Source: a virus. Taken from it: 64,000 nt of DNA. Each line of letters starts with the position of its first letter. Position 1 is the first letter of the stretch. The notes beneath the pieces were generated by a model that worked only from the letters and a program-made list of their open reading frames with translations, was not told where the DNA came from and made no database searches. Below, piece by piece: positions 35,086 through 43,823 of this stretch. The DNA is taken from the IMG/VR virus record IMGVR_UViG_3300044568_003939; one strand, given 5' to 3'. Both the position numbers and the translations under genes were made by a program.

Positions 35086-36021
35086 ATGTCATTTGAACAA
35101 CTAAAACAAAATCGTTCCGCCGCAATTAGCAAACTTGTTAATGCAGCAGAAAAAGTCGGTGGTGCAACCAAAACATATGGCGATGATCGTCTATGGGCAC
35201 CAGCAGTTGATAAAGCAGGCAATGGTTATGCAATCATTCGTTTCCTTCCAGCCAAAGAAGGTGATGACCTGCCATGGGCACGTTTCTGGGATCACGGATT
35301 CAAGGGGCCAACCGGTCGTTGGTATATTGAAAACAGTTTGACTAGCATTGGTCAACCTGATCCCGTTAGCGAAATCAATAGCATTCTATGGAATAGCGGT
35401 AATGAAAAGGACAAGGAAATTGCACGTGACCGCAAGCGTCGCCTGCATTATGTATCCAACATTCTGGTGATTAGTGATCCTGCAAATCCAGCCAATGAAG
35501 GCAAGGTTTTCCTCTATAAGTATGGAAAGAAAATCTTTGATAAAATCATGGATATTATGCAGCCGCAATTCCAAGACGAGACACCAGTCAATCCATTTGA
35601 CTTTTGGGCGGGAGCAAACTTCCGTTTGAAGATTCGCAACTTTGAAGGTTATCGTAACTATGATAAGAGTGAATTTGACAAGGCGAGCGAATTGTATAAT
35701 GGTGATGAAGCGCAACTTGAGGAAACCTATGGGCAACTATACACTTTGAGTGACTTTACCGATCCAAGCAATTACAAGTCATATGCTGAATTGAAGCGTA
35801 AGCTTGTTGAAGTTCTTGGTGCAGAAGCAGCTGGCACATCACATGAAAGTGAAAGTGTCGAAGCTCCAGCACGAAGCGTTGTTGGTCGCACTGTTGAAGC
35901 AGCTGAACCACAACGTACTGTTCAAAGCAGCTATGAAACAACTGAAACTGTTACCAGCTCAGCATCTGATGATGACGACGATGACAGCCTTAGCTACTTT
36001 GCTAAATTGGCTCAAAGCTAA
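35086..36021 (+). CDS. 32: ssDNA-binding protein gp32
   Basis: DDRLW...GNGYAIIRFLP, WYIENSLT, NPFDFW motifs; acidic tail. Confidence 0.97.
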   Translation: MSFEQLKQNRSAAISKLVNAAEKVGGATKTYGDDRLWAPAVDKAGNGYAIIRFLPAKEGDDLPWARFWDHGFKGPTGRWYIENSLTSIGQPDPVSEINSILWNSGNEKDKEIARDRKRRLHYVSNILVISDPANPANEGKVFLYKYGKKIFDKIMDIMQPQFQDETPVNPFDFWAGANFRLKIRNFEGYRNYDKSEFDKASELYNGDEAQLEETYGQLYTLSDFTDPSNYKSYAELKRKLVEVLGAEAAGTSHESESVEAPARSVVGRTVEAAEPQRTVQSSYETTETVTSSASDDDDDDSLSYFAKLAQS

Positions 36022-36035
36022 TCTATAAAAAATCT

Positions 36036-36072
36036 AAAATGCGCAAAGGGTTTGTTATCCTTTGCGCATTTT
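36036..36072. terminator. Bidirectional-type intrinsic terminator
   Basis: aaaatgcgcaaagg/cctttgcgcatttt. Confidence 0.85.
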
Positions 36073-36074
36073 AG

Positions 36075-36082
36075 TATAAATA
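36075..36082 (+). promoter_or_regulatory. Late promoter TATAAATA
   Basis: Consensus match. Confidence 0.7.
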
Positions 36083-36094
36083 TGATGAGACTGT

Positions 36095-36358
36095 ATGAAA
36101 CCGTATATTAGAGTATTTAGCATTGGTACATGCAAAGATTGTGCAGCTTATCATCAGATCGTACATGAGTTTGCAATGCAATATGACATTGAATATGCTA
36201 TAGTTGATGTTGACCGTGAAGAAAATTTGCATGAAATATTGCAACGAAAACTGCAATATATTCCTTCTACTCTGATATTCAAAGATGGCGTTTTATCCCA
36301 CCAAGCTGGAGAAATATTAACAAAAGAATCACTATATAAACTTGTGTATGATATTTGA
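36095..36358 (+). CDS. Thioredoxin-like protein
   Basis: CKDC motif; VDVD...IPSTLIFKDG. Confidence 0.8.
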   Translation: MKPYIRVFSIGTCKDCAAYHQIVHEFAMQYDIEYAIVDVDREENLHEILQRKLQYIPSTLIFKDGVLSHQAGEILTKESLYKLVYDI

Positions 36359-36596
36359 AGAAGGCTCTTTTGATTTTGGTTTTACTGCGGTTCATGAACT
36401 TGAACTTGAAAGTGTTCAGGCTGCAGCAAATAGCAATGCGGTTGCTCAAAACAAATTAGAGAAAATGTATAAGGCAATACTCCCACTGTTGGATAATCTT
36501 AAAAAGAATCCAGAAAAGGACTATATTTTTTGGCCACAACGAATGGACAAAATAGAAAAGTTTGAGCGGATGATTGAAGAGATATACAACGGCTAG
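36348..36596 (+). CDS. Conserved T4-like hypothetical protein (FDFGF...NLKKNPEKDYIFWP)
   Basis: Recognisable motif. Confidence 0.75.
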   Translation: MIFEEGSFDFGFTAVHELELESVQAAANSNAVAQNKLEKMYKAILPLLDNLKKNPEKDYIFWPQRMDKIEKFERMIEEIYNG

Positions 36597-36892
36597 CCTG
36601 CATATACATTGCTACTTGCTACGCATAGAGAAGGAGTAAAAGTACCAGTGTGACTATCAAGTGCATCACCATTACAATGTGCAGGGCGTCCATTTATGAA
36701 TACACTCCCACTGCCAACTATAGCAATTTCTCCGCATAGTGTAGTGTCACCAATTGCTACAGCTTGATAGCCATCAATGTATACCGTATTTCCATTACCG
36801 GCATATGGTGAATTGATATGAGGAGTACCGCCACTAAGCGGCGTATGCGTTGTAGCATAATCAGCACCAACTCTTGCAATACTCTTTCCCAT
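36593..36892 (-). CDS. PAAR spike tip (gp5.4-like)
   Basis: ARVG...H, GD...CG and VFINGRPAHCNGD motifs. Confidence 0.85.
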   Translation of the reverse strand: MGKSIARVGADYATTHTPLSGGTPHINSPYAGNGNTVYIDGYQAVAIGDTTLCGEIAIVGSGSVFINGRPAHCNGDALDSHTGTFTPSLCVASSNVYAG

Positions 36893-36894
36893 AA

Positions 36895-38907
36895 TTATAT
36901 GCTAGCAAATCCCATAGCACTGCCAGTCATTATAGGGTCATATGAACTGTTGCTGTTGTTTACTGAACTTTGAGTTGTATTGTTTGTATTGCCACCGTAA
37001 TTATTAACAATCACAGGAGACACTGATATGTTGTTGCTGCTATTCATCAGTTCGGCACCGGTAGTATTGCTTATAGGAGATACCGTTGGCATTTTATATT
37101 TCCATCCTGATGACCTGTAATCATCCCATGACTCATAGCCAGCTTCTTTAGCTTTAAGTGATTTTTGATCTTCCGTTAACGAATCAGCAGCTGGCATGGT
37201 ACTGCTGCTAGTTGCTTCGCCTTCCTTTGCTTTTGCTTTAAGACCAGCATATTCGTAGATACTGTCTGGTATTGCTTTTGCAACCCAAGTCATTGGATTG
37301 AGTACGCCGGCAGCTGCCGGATCTGGCAATACATCTCGCAATACACTTTTTGCAAACCCTTCGGCAAGATTACCAGCACCGCTTACAGCATTGTTAATGG
37401 CCTCGCCCATCTTAGCCGTCAATTCGGTTATAAGAGTTGGAATATTCATTACCCAATCAATGAGGCCGTCTATTGCTTTGCCAATCGCATCAAATACAAA
37501 CGCTAAAGCTTTATTGAGGGTATCGGTAAAAGAAAAATTATCCAATGCAACTGCAAGATCAAACGCTCCAAACATAGTAGCAATCCATGATACTGCTCCT
37601 TTAAGAGTATCCAATATACCACCAACAAGAGTTGCCCATATGCCAGCTAGCCCAAAATTTTCAAAGGCTTTAGAGAATTTTTCAAATGAAAAGATTGATT
37701 TAAACCAGTCAAATGCGTATATGACTGTATCAAAGATTGCATCTACGCCATCCTTAAGAAGCTGTGAGAATGAGAAACTGTCAAGTAATTTTGAAAAATT
37801 TTGAAAGCCTAATTTGTTAGCAACCCATGATACTATATCCTTTGCGAGGTCTGCTATACCACCAACAAGACCAATTAACAATCCACTGATAGCGCCTTTA
37901 ACAGCACCTAGTACGCCACCTTGTTTGTAGCCTTCGATAGCACCCATTACCGTTTCATATAGTGCGGTAATAAAAACTAACGGCTTAGCTAATACTTTCA
38001 ATACACCAAATAATGCTGGTAAAATGCGAGCTATTCCTTTACCTATCGATACACCAGTTTTAAAGCCTGTTACAAATGCTCTAAGTATACCACCTAAACT
38101 TGTAAAAAATTTCGCAATATTTGGAAACATTTTAGCTAGGCGGCCGCCTATAGTCAGGCCTTCATCGGCCGCTCCAAACAATGGACGAATCATATCGCCT
38201 ACAGCGCGCACTGCACCTGTGAATTTGCCCCAGGCTTCGGTTATTTTGGTAATTGTATTTGTTACATATTTGGCGATTGCAGATTCTCTTACAAAAGCAA
38301 CAGCACTTTCTCCAACTAGTTTTATGGTATTGAAAAAAGAAGTTAGTGCAGCGCGTATAGGGTTGAACGCCTTGGCTATAGCTGTTCCGAGTTTAGAAAT
38401 GCCTAAACTTATTTTTTGATATATTGCAGTGTCTTTAATTAGAGCGCTAAACATCGCAGCCGTTTCGGTAACAAATCCTACAACAGTACCGCCAATTAAA
38501 GCTGCAGCAAAAGCAAGAATGCCACCTAAACCAGATGGTGCCTCGCCTGCGCGTGGTGACGGGCGTCGTCTCTCAGTGTCAGGCGGTGGCTCGTTGCGTG
38601 CACGCAATGCGGCAAGAAGATCTCGACGATTTTCTTCTTGCTGCATATCATTGCTGGTAAAGAATTCCAACAACTCTTTATTGCTGCGACTGATATCAGA
38701 TATCAGTCGGCGCATACTAGTGACAACCGCTAACAGCTGACCACCATTATCAACGCGTTCGCCTTCGGCTTGTGAGTTGATTAAAAGACCGCGAGTAACC
38801 AATTGGTTGGTATTGTCTATCGCGTCCATAATAACATCGCCTGAGAAGTTTAAACTTTTCAGTTGTGCGATTACTTCGACTAATTGACTACTTTCTGTAT
38901 TGGCCAT
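36895..38907 (-). CDS. Tape measure-like protein (gp29 analog)
   Basis: Long Ala/Gly/aromatic helical protein downstream of gp26/gp51. Confidence 0.65.
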   Translation of the reverse strand: MANTESSQLVEVIAQLKSLNFSGDVIMDAIDNTNQLVTRGLLINSQAEGERVDNGGQLLAVVTSMRRLISDISRSNKELLEFFTSNDMQQEENRRDLLAALRARNEPPPDTERRRPSPRAGEAPSGLGGILAFAAALIGGTVVGFVTETAAMFSALIKDTAIYQKISLGISKLGTAIAKAFNPIRAALTSFFNTIKLVGESAVAFVRESAIAKYVTNTITKITEAWGKFTGAVRAVGDMIRPLFGAADEGLTIGGRLAKMFPNIAKFFTSLGGILRAFVTGFKTGVSIGKGIARILPALFGVLKVLAKPLVFITALYETVMGAIEGYKQGGVLGAVKGAISGLLIGLVGGIADLAKDIVSWVANKLGFQNFSKLLDSFSFSQLLKDGVDAIFDTVIYAFDWFKSIFSFEKFSKAFENFGLAGIWATLVGGILDTLKGAVSWIATMFGAFDLAVALDNFSFTDTLNKALAFVFDAIGKAIDGLIDWVMNIPTLITELTAKMGEAINNAVSGAGNLAEGFAKSVLRDVLPDPAAAGVLNPMTWVAKAIPDSIYEYAGLKAKAKEGEATSSSTMPAADSLTEDQKSLKAKEAGYESWDDYRSSGWKYKMPTVSPISNTTGAELMNSSNNISVSPVIVNNYGGNTNNTTQSSVNNSNSSYDPIMTGSAMGFASI

Positions 38908-38916
38908 TGTGATGGT

Positions 38917-39105
38917 TTAGTTGCTATTTTTACGTTTTTGTTCTTCTTCTTTAAGGTGTGAAACAAGCAGTGAAATGTATATTTCCCTCTCCCATGGTAT
39001 CATCATATCCAATTCGCTTAATGAGTATTTGTGGTGCTGCATCAATGCAAAGTTAGTTTGGAAATAATTTACTAATGATTCATGTGAGAGGGCTAATCGA
39101 AAAAA
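38917..39105 (-). CDS. 51: gp51-like ORF in the -1 frame of gp26 (first ATG only at 39042)
   Basis: LSHESLVNYFQTNFALMQHHKYSLSELDMMIPWEREIY; not in ORF track. Confidence 0.8.
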   Translation of the reverse strand, partial: FFRLALSHESLVNYFQTNFALMQHHKYSLSELDMMIPWEREIYISLLVSHLKEEEQKRKNSN

Positions 39106-39800
39106 GCTTTAGTGCCTACCAGTTCCAACGAGTTGTCATGGCCGCAGCCTTTGCATTTGAATTGAACAGTTTGTTTGAGCGCAGGAACTGCTGCAATGAA
39201 CGCTTCAATTTTTTGCATCTGTGAGCGGTTAAGACTGTTGATGAAAACGATCAATTCAGCTTTTGATGAATTCTCAGCTGGATATACCTTCTCAGCATCA
39301 AAGATACTTTCAATACTTGCAATAACAACTTCATTGATAAGATCACCTTGTGTCTTTTTGTCATCAGTCAATCCGCTCATATCTTTAACTCGAATGTAAC
39401 GCATATTGACGCCAACAGTATCAGTAATCATAATTGTCTTTGATACCGAGTCATCAAATTTTACTGCTATTTCATCAAGGTTAATTTCAACTGGGTTTGG
39501 AGCTTCGCACGAGCTGCACTTGACGTTGACGTTGCTAATCTCTCCAACGCTTTTGCTGCGCAACTTAAGGAAAACATATTCAAGGTCAAATGATGTTAAT
39601 GCATTAACATCAACTTTTTCAAATGTGCATGCACGAATAATATCTTTCATTGCGCCTAACATCTCGCGTGAATCTTGTGACTCTTGAGCCATCAGCAAGA
39701 TCTTTTCTTCTTTTACGAGAAATGGGCGATATTCAATAGCCTTCTTTGTGGAAGGAATTTCAACGGTATACTTTGGGGATTCTAGGATTGGTAATGCCAT
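39093..39800 (-). CDS. 26: Baseplate hub/tail assembly chaperone gp26
   Basis: MALP...RPFLVKEEKILL, LRSKSVGE, two CxxC motifs, C-terminal FF. Confidence 0.9.
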   Translation of the reverse strand: MALPILESPKYTVEIPSTKKAIEYRPFLVKEEKILLMAQESQDSREMLGAMKDIIRACTFEKVDVNALTSFDLEYVFLKLRSKSVGEISNVNVKCSSCEAPNPVEINLDEIAVKFDDSVSKTIMITDTVGVNMRYIRVKDMSGLTDDKKTQGDLINEVVIASIESIFDAEKVYPAENSSKAELIVFINSLNRSQMQKIEAFIAAVPALKQTVQFKCKGCGHDNSLELVGTKAFFD

Positions 39801-39821
39801 AATTTAATTTATAATATATTT

Positions 39822-40337
39822 TTAAGTTAGTTTTCGTGATGACCACGTGTTGTATGTAAACACTATTGTTAATTTTTGAACGCTATTTTCTGAAGAGTTG
39901 TCTAGTTCGATAGAATTAACTCCAACAGGCCATGCATATGGAAGTGTGACTTCATATATTGGTTTGTCTGTTTCATCCAACTGTTGTATTATAACTGTTG
40001 TTGCAAATTTTTTAGTATACTCAACCAAGTATGATACTGGATTTATTATCTTAACAAGCCATTGGTCAAAAAGGTTTTTAACATAATAGTCATTTGTTAA
40101 ATAAAACACACAAGTAACATCCTCATCGCTATAACCAGTTGGTACTTTGTTTTCATTACGCCAAACAGAAAAGTCCGTTGTAAGTATTTGTCTCCCTGGC
40201 AGCGTACAGCTTTCGCACAATAGGTTAAGATCTTTTCCATCATCAATTGGATTGGAAATGATAATATTAAAGCGATTACCACGTGATAAACCGGATCGTT
40301 TTATAATGGTACTTTGTAAGTCTTGTATAGATCCCAT
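39822..40337 (-). CDS. Tail tube-like protein (gp54/gp19 family)
   Basis: CESCTLPG...IQQLD...AWP.....EL...KLTIVF pattern. Confidence 0.75.
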   Translation of the reverse strand: MGSIQDLQSTIIKRSGLSRGNRFNIIISNPIDDGKDLNLLCESCTLPGRQILTTDFSVWRNENKVPTGYSDEDVTCVFYLTNDYYVKNLFDQWLVKIINPVSYLVEYTKKFATTVIIQQLDETDKPIYEVTLPYAWPVGVNSIELDNSSENSVQKLTIVFTYNTWSSRKLT

Positions 40338-40339
40338 GG

Positions 40340-40951
40340 TTAAAATTGTTTAAGAGATTCTTTCCATACACCTGCTTTATCAGAACCAACAAATTTCCAT
40401 GTTGGCAAACATACAGCAATTTCCCAATCCGTTGATGGTACCTCTACAGGCACACTGCGTAAGTGAGCGAAAAGATAGTGTTTAAAACATGGCGCAAAGT
40501 ATTTAAGAACTTGCACACTGCTCAACATATTGTATGTTAGCTTGAACTTTGTGCTTTCATCATACTTATCATTGTTGGTAAATGATAGCAGCTTATCAAA
40601 AAATAGTGCACGCAACTTATTGGGAAGGTAGTGTAGGTTGAGTCCATAGAATCCACCTTTGGCTTTTCCTACCATTATAACAAGTGGAAAATTATCGTAA
40701 TATGGCAATTCTTCCTTTCCTTTTGGATCATAAAAGAACATAAACATGCGACCGGCTAATGGTCGAGCCATAGGATTGAGCGCCTGATCTTTAAGAAGTG
40801 TTTTGCGATCTATGTTGCTAAGTCCTTTTAGCTTTCTAAAAAACCATGCACGTGACTCATCAGTTTTAGCTTCAATTCCGCTAGCAGACAATTTTTCATG
40901 ATACTTTTGAAATGAAAAACCTGTTCTTGTAGTTGGACGTTTAGATGCCAT
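40340..40951 (-). CDS. 2: DNA end protector gp2
   Basis: YDPKGK..LPYYD.FPL and GLNLHYL motifs. Confidence 0.92.
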   Translation of the reverse strand: MASKRPTTRTGFSFQKYHEKLSASGIEAKTDESRAWFFRKLKGLSNIDRKTLLKDQALNPMARPLAGRMFMFFYDPKGKEELPYYDNFPLVIMVGKAKGGFYGLNLHYLPNKLRALFFDKLLSFTNNDKYDESTKFKLTYNMLSSVQVLKYFAPCFKHYLFAHLRSVPVEVPSTDWEIAVCLPTWKFVGSDKAGVWKESLKQF

Positions 40952-40962
40952 AAGCGCAAGTA

Positions 40963-40970
40963 TATTTATA
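40963..40970 (-). promoter_or_regulatory. Late promoter TATAAATA
   Basis: Reverse consensus 11 nt before the gp2 start. Confidence 0.8.
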
Positions 40971-40973
40971 CAC

Positions 40974-41417
40974 TTATGTTAGCAGCTTGATTCCCATACC
41001 ACGAATTGTCTCTTCTGTCCAAACCTCAAATTTCCAGCCACGCTGCTTTGCATATTCATCAGCGCTTTCCCACTTGCTTATATTCTTAACATACTTTAAT
41101 ACCTCAGTAAGATATCCTTTGCTTTTGGTAGCTCTTTTCTTTGGCTCAACTGTTTCTTTCTTTGGCTTTATTTCAACAAGATATGTGTCGCCATTCTTAA
41201 ATGTAATTTTAAGATCAACAAAATATCTGTGTACACGGTTGTCTGTTTTACAACGGTAAGGAACAACTACTTCTTCGCTGCTCCATCGCACAATTGCGTC
41301 ATTGTCATCGCAAAAACGAAAAACCTGTCGCTCCCAAAGGCTGCGATACTCTATGCGACGCCAATCTCCTTCATACTTGTTGAGATTCTTAGGGTTAAAT
41401 TTGCCACGATAAGCCAT
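40974..41417 (-). CDS. 4: Head completion nuclease gp4 (TnsA-like)
   Basis: YRSLWE, WSSEE, RYFVD and EIKP motifs. Confidence 0.92.
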   Translation of the reverse strand: MAYRGKFNPKNLNKYEGDWRRIEYRSLWERQVFRFCDDNDAIVRWSSEEVVVPYRCKTDNRVHRYFVDLKITFKNGDTYLVEIKPKKETVEPKKRATKSKGYLTEVLKYVKNISKWESADEYAKQRGWKFEVWTEETIRGMGIKLLT

Positions 41418-41441
41418 ATAAATAGTTATAGTATTTATATG
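41415..41441. promoter_or_regulatory. Overlapping divergent late promoters
   Basis: TATAAATA at 41417-41424 (+) and 41432-41439 (-). Confidence 0.85.
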
Positions 41442-42347
41442 CCCGCACAAATATTAGTATACCCACTTGAATTGAATAGCGTTGCAACCTCGGCTGTTGG
41501 CGCACAGGCAGGTCGCCCAATGATTCGGTTTCAAAGCTTTGGTGCTGAACCTGGTTCTAGTGTTGCTATATGTATGCCAATACCACAAAATATATCTTTT
41601 GCTGATGCAGCCACATATAATGATGCTGAGCTTGGATTTGCTGGCGGAGCTGGTATGGCCGCAGCACGGGCTGGACTTGGTGCAGGTGGTAATATAGAAG
41701 CTGGTGTAAATGCTGGATTGGGCGCAATTGGTGGCGGTATACCAAAAAGTTTGGGTAACTTGGTGCAAGGTCTGACAGCTAGCTTTACTTCGGCTGGTGC
41801 CACAGTACAATCAGCCGTAAGTATTGGTGTAGGAGCTACACTAAATAAAAACATAACTACACAATTTACTGGAACTGGCACTCGGCGCTTTTCATTTGTA
41901 TTTAAATTCATTTCGGTATCTTCGGCAGAATCTAACCAAATAAATAAAATTTCAAAAGCATTTCGTTTGGGATTATATCCTAAGGGCAATGCTTATCAAT
42001 TGCAATATCCAGCTACATGGACTATTCAATTTGTTAATGGTGTAACTGGAAATGATATTGAATACTTACCCAAATTGTTTGAATGCTATTTGGAAAGTAT
42101 GACAAGTACATACAATAGCATTGCAAATATATGGAGAACGGATGGCAGTCCATTGGACAGTGAAATAACATTAACGTTTATTGAGTCACGCGCACTTACT
42201 AAAGATGATATTAAATTTCTTGAAGACAAACCTTATGATAAGAGTCGCTTCCTTGCAAATTATAATGTTCCAGACGCAACGGTAAGCGATGTAAACAGCA
42301 ATTCGGCTAATACTACACCAACTCCTGTTGCAAACACACCAGCTTAA
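41439..42347 (+). CDS. 48: Baseplate tail tube cap gp48
   Basis: F.G...RRFSFVFKF...ES, YP and TLTFIE patterns. Confidence 0.8.
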   Translation: MPAQILVYPLELNSVATSAVGAQAGRPMIRFQSFGAEPGSSVAICMPIPQNISFADAATYNDAELGFAGGAGMAAARAGLGAGGNIEAGVNAGLGAIGGGIPKSLGNLVQGLTASFTSAGATVQSAVSIGVGATLNKNITTQFTGTGTRRFSFVFKFISVSSAESNQINKISKAFRLGLYPKGNAYQLQYPATWTIQFVNGVTGNDIEYLPKLFECYLESMTSTYNSIANIWRTDGSPLDSEITLTFIESRALTKDDIKFLEDKPYDKSRFLANYNVPDATVSDVNSNSANTTPTPVANTPA

Positions 42348-42350
42348 TTT

Positions 42351-43817
42351 ATGGCAACAAATTTCTTTTCACAATTTCCAAAATTATCATATGACATTGA
42401 TGGAGAAGGATCATATGTAAATTTAACTGATATATCACGAAATGTTGATATATCAAATCTTAACGAAGATAAAGGTAGTTACTATACATACTATGATATT
42501 ATGGATGGAGATCGTCCAGATACAATATCACAATTGTTATATCAAACTCCTCAATACTATTGGAGCATTTTCATATTAAATGATTCTCTTAAAGCTGGCC
42601 TTAATAATGCATGGCCGCTGTCTGCATTGGATTTTGAAACAATGATCGGCAATGAATATGACAAATATAGTTCATTTGCGGTAAGTCCACAATTAACGGT
42701 ACCTGGCTCTATTCAACAACAACGCAGCGACTTTTCAGTTGTTCCTTTGAATGAAAAATATTTACCTTATTTGTTTTTGTCTTCAAACGAAACCGAATTG
42801 CGTGCTAATATTTTAAAGTATGACCGCCGTTTGTTACAAGCTGTAGTGTATAATATAACACCGCATGAGCATGCAACCCAATCATATGCAAACACAGCAT
42901 CTTTTGAGCTGCGCAATACATTTTTAAGTAGTAGCGAATATGTTTTGGAATGGATCAACCCGTTCAATTCTGTTACACAAGCCGCTGCATATGCTGCTTG
43001 TGAAGCATTAAAAGAAGAATGGATTGACATTGCAATAGAGCCATTTAAAACCATAGACATTGCTATACCCAATGCTGGCTATAATACTGTTGCAAATGGC
43101 ACATATGCAAAGGAATCATATATGTTCAATAAAAAATATTTGACGGCCGGTGAAGGATTCACTTGGCCATTATATAGAAATGCAGTATATCAATATTTTA
43201 AGTATGACACACTAGATTCTTCAATTACATATCCAGTAAGCGCATTTAATATACTTGAAGAAAAAGCAAATACGATTTATATATCCGGTGATACAAGCCC
43301 AAACGTAAACGGCGCATTAACTTATGTAATGACTAGCGATGGGCAAAACGGTTTATGGACAAATGCTGATATTCAATTTGTTGATGTCTGGTTTAGCGAA
43401 GATCCAAACATAAGCTTCCCACTGCGACCATATGATGTTACTGTATTAAGTTATTTAGATTATCAAGACCCTCCTCATTGGCGTATTAATACATATGCAG
43501 CAAATAGTGAGACTATTATATTTGCAGCTAAATCGGAGTCAACTGATAATTCGTTTTCGCCATTAAATTTAACATACACAACCGAGCTCAGCAGTACTAC
43601 AGTATGTATTGGTAGCGATCCTCCTGTTTGCACAACCACAATACTTAGGTATGGCACCGGAACCCCAATAGTTAGCACTAAATTTATTGGTAATCCAAGT
43701 ATTAGTAATTATGAAAAAGAACAGCTTGAGAACGACACCAAAAGAAAGATAAAAGTTGTCAGACCCGATATAGTGCGGGACTTCACCAGAACATATTTTA
43801 CACTTTTAAACTCTTAA
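42351..43817 (+). CDS. 53: Baseplate wedge gp53 with large insertion
   Basis: FSQFP, GDRPDTIS..LY....YYW, WP and C-terminal NDTKRKIKV motifs. Confidence 0.8.
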   Translation: MATNFFSQFPKLSYDIDGEGSYVNLTDISRNVDISNLNEDKGSYYTYYDIMDGDRPDTISQLLYQTPQYYWSIFILNDSLKAGLNNAWPLSALDFETMIGNEYDKYSSFAVSPQLTVPGSIQQQRSDFSVVPLNEKYLPYLFLSSNETELRANILKYDRRLLQAVVYNITPHEHATQSYANTASFELRNTFLSSSEYVLEWINPFNSVTQAAAYAACEALKEEWIDIAIEPFKTIDIAIPNAGYNTVANGTYAKESYMFNKKYLTAGEGFTWPLYRNAVYQYFKYDTLDSSITYPVSAFNILEEKANTIYISGDTSPNVNGALTYVMTSDGQNGLWTNADIQFVDVWFSEDPNISFPLRPYDVTVLSYLDYQDPPHWRINTYAANSETIIFAAKSESTDNSFSPLNLTYTTELSSTTVCIGSDPPVCTTTILRYGTGTPIVSTKFIGNPSISNYEKEQLENDTKRKIKVVRPDIVRDFTRTYFTLLNS

Positions 43818-43823
43818 TTTGTT

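Noticed and set aside
40974-41417. TnsA-like transposase or homing endonuclease
   Set aside because: Sequence and synteny with gp2 and gp48 identify it as head completion protein gp4
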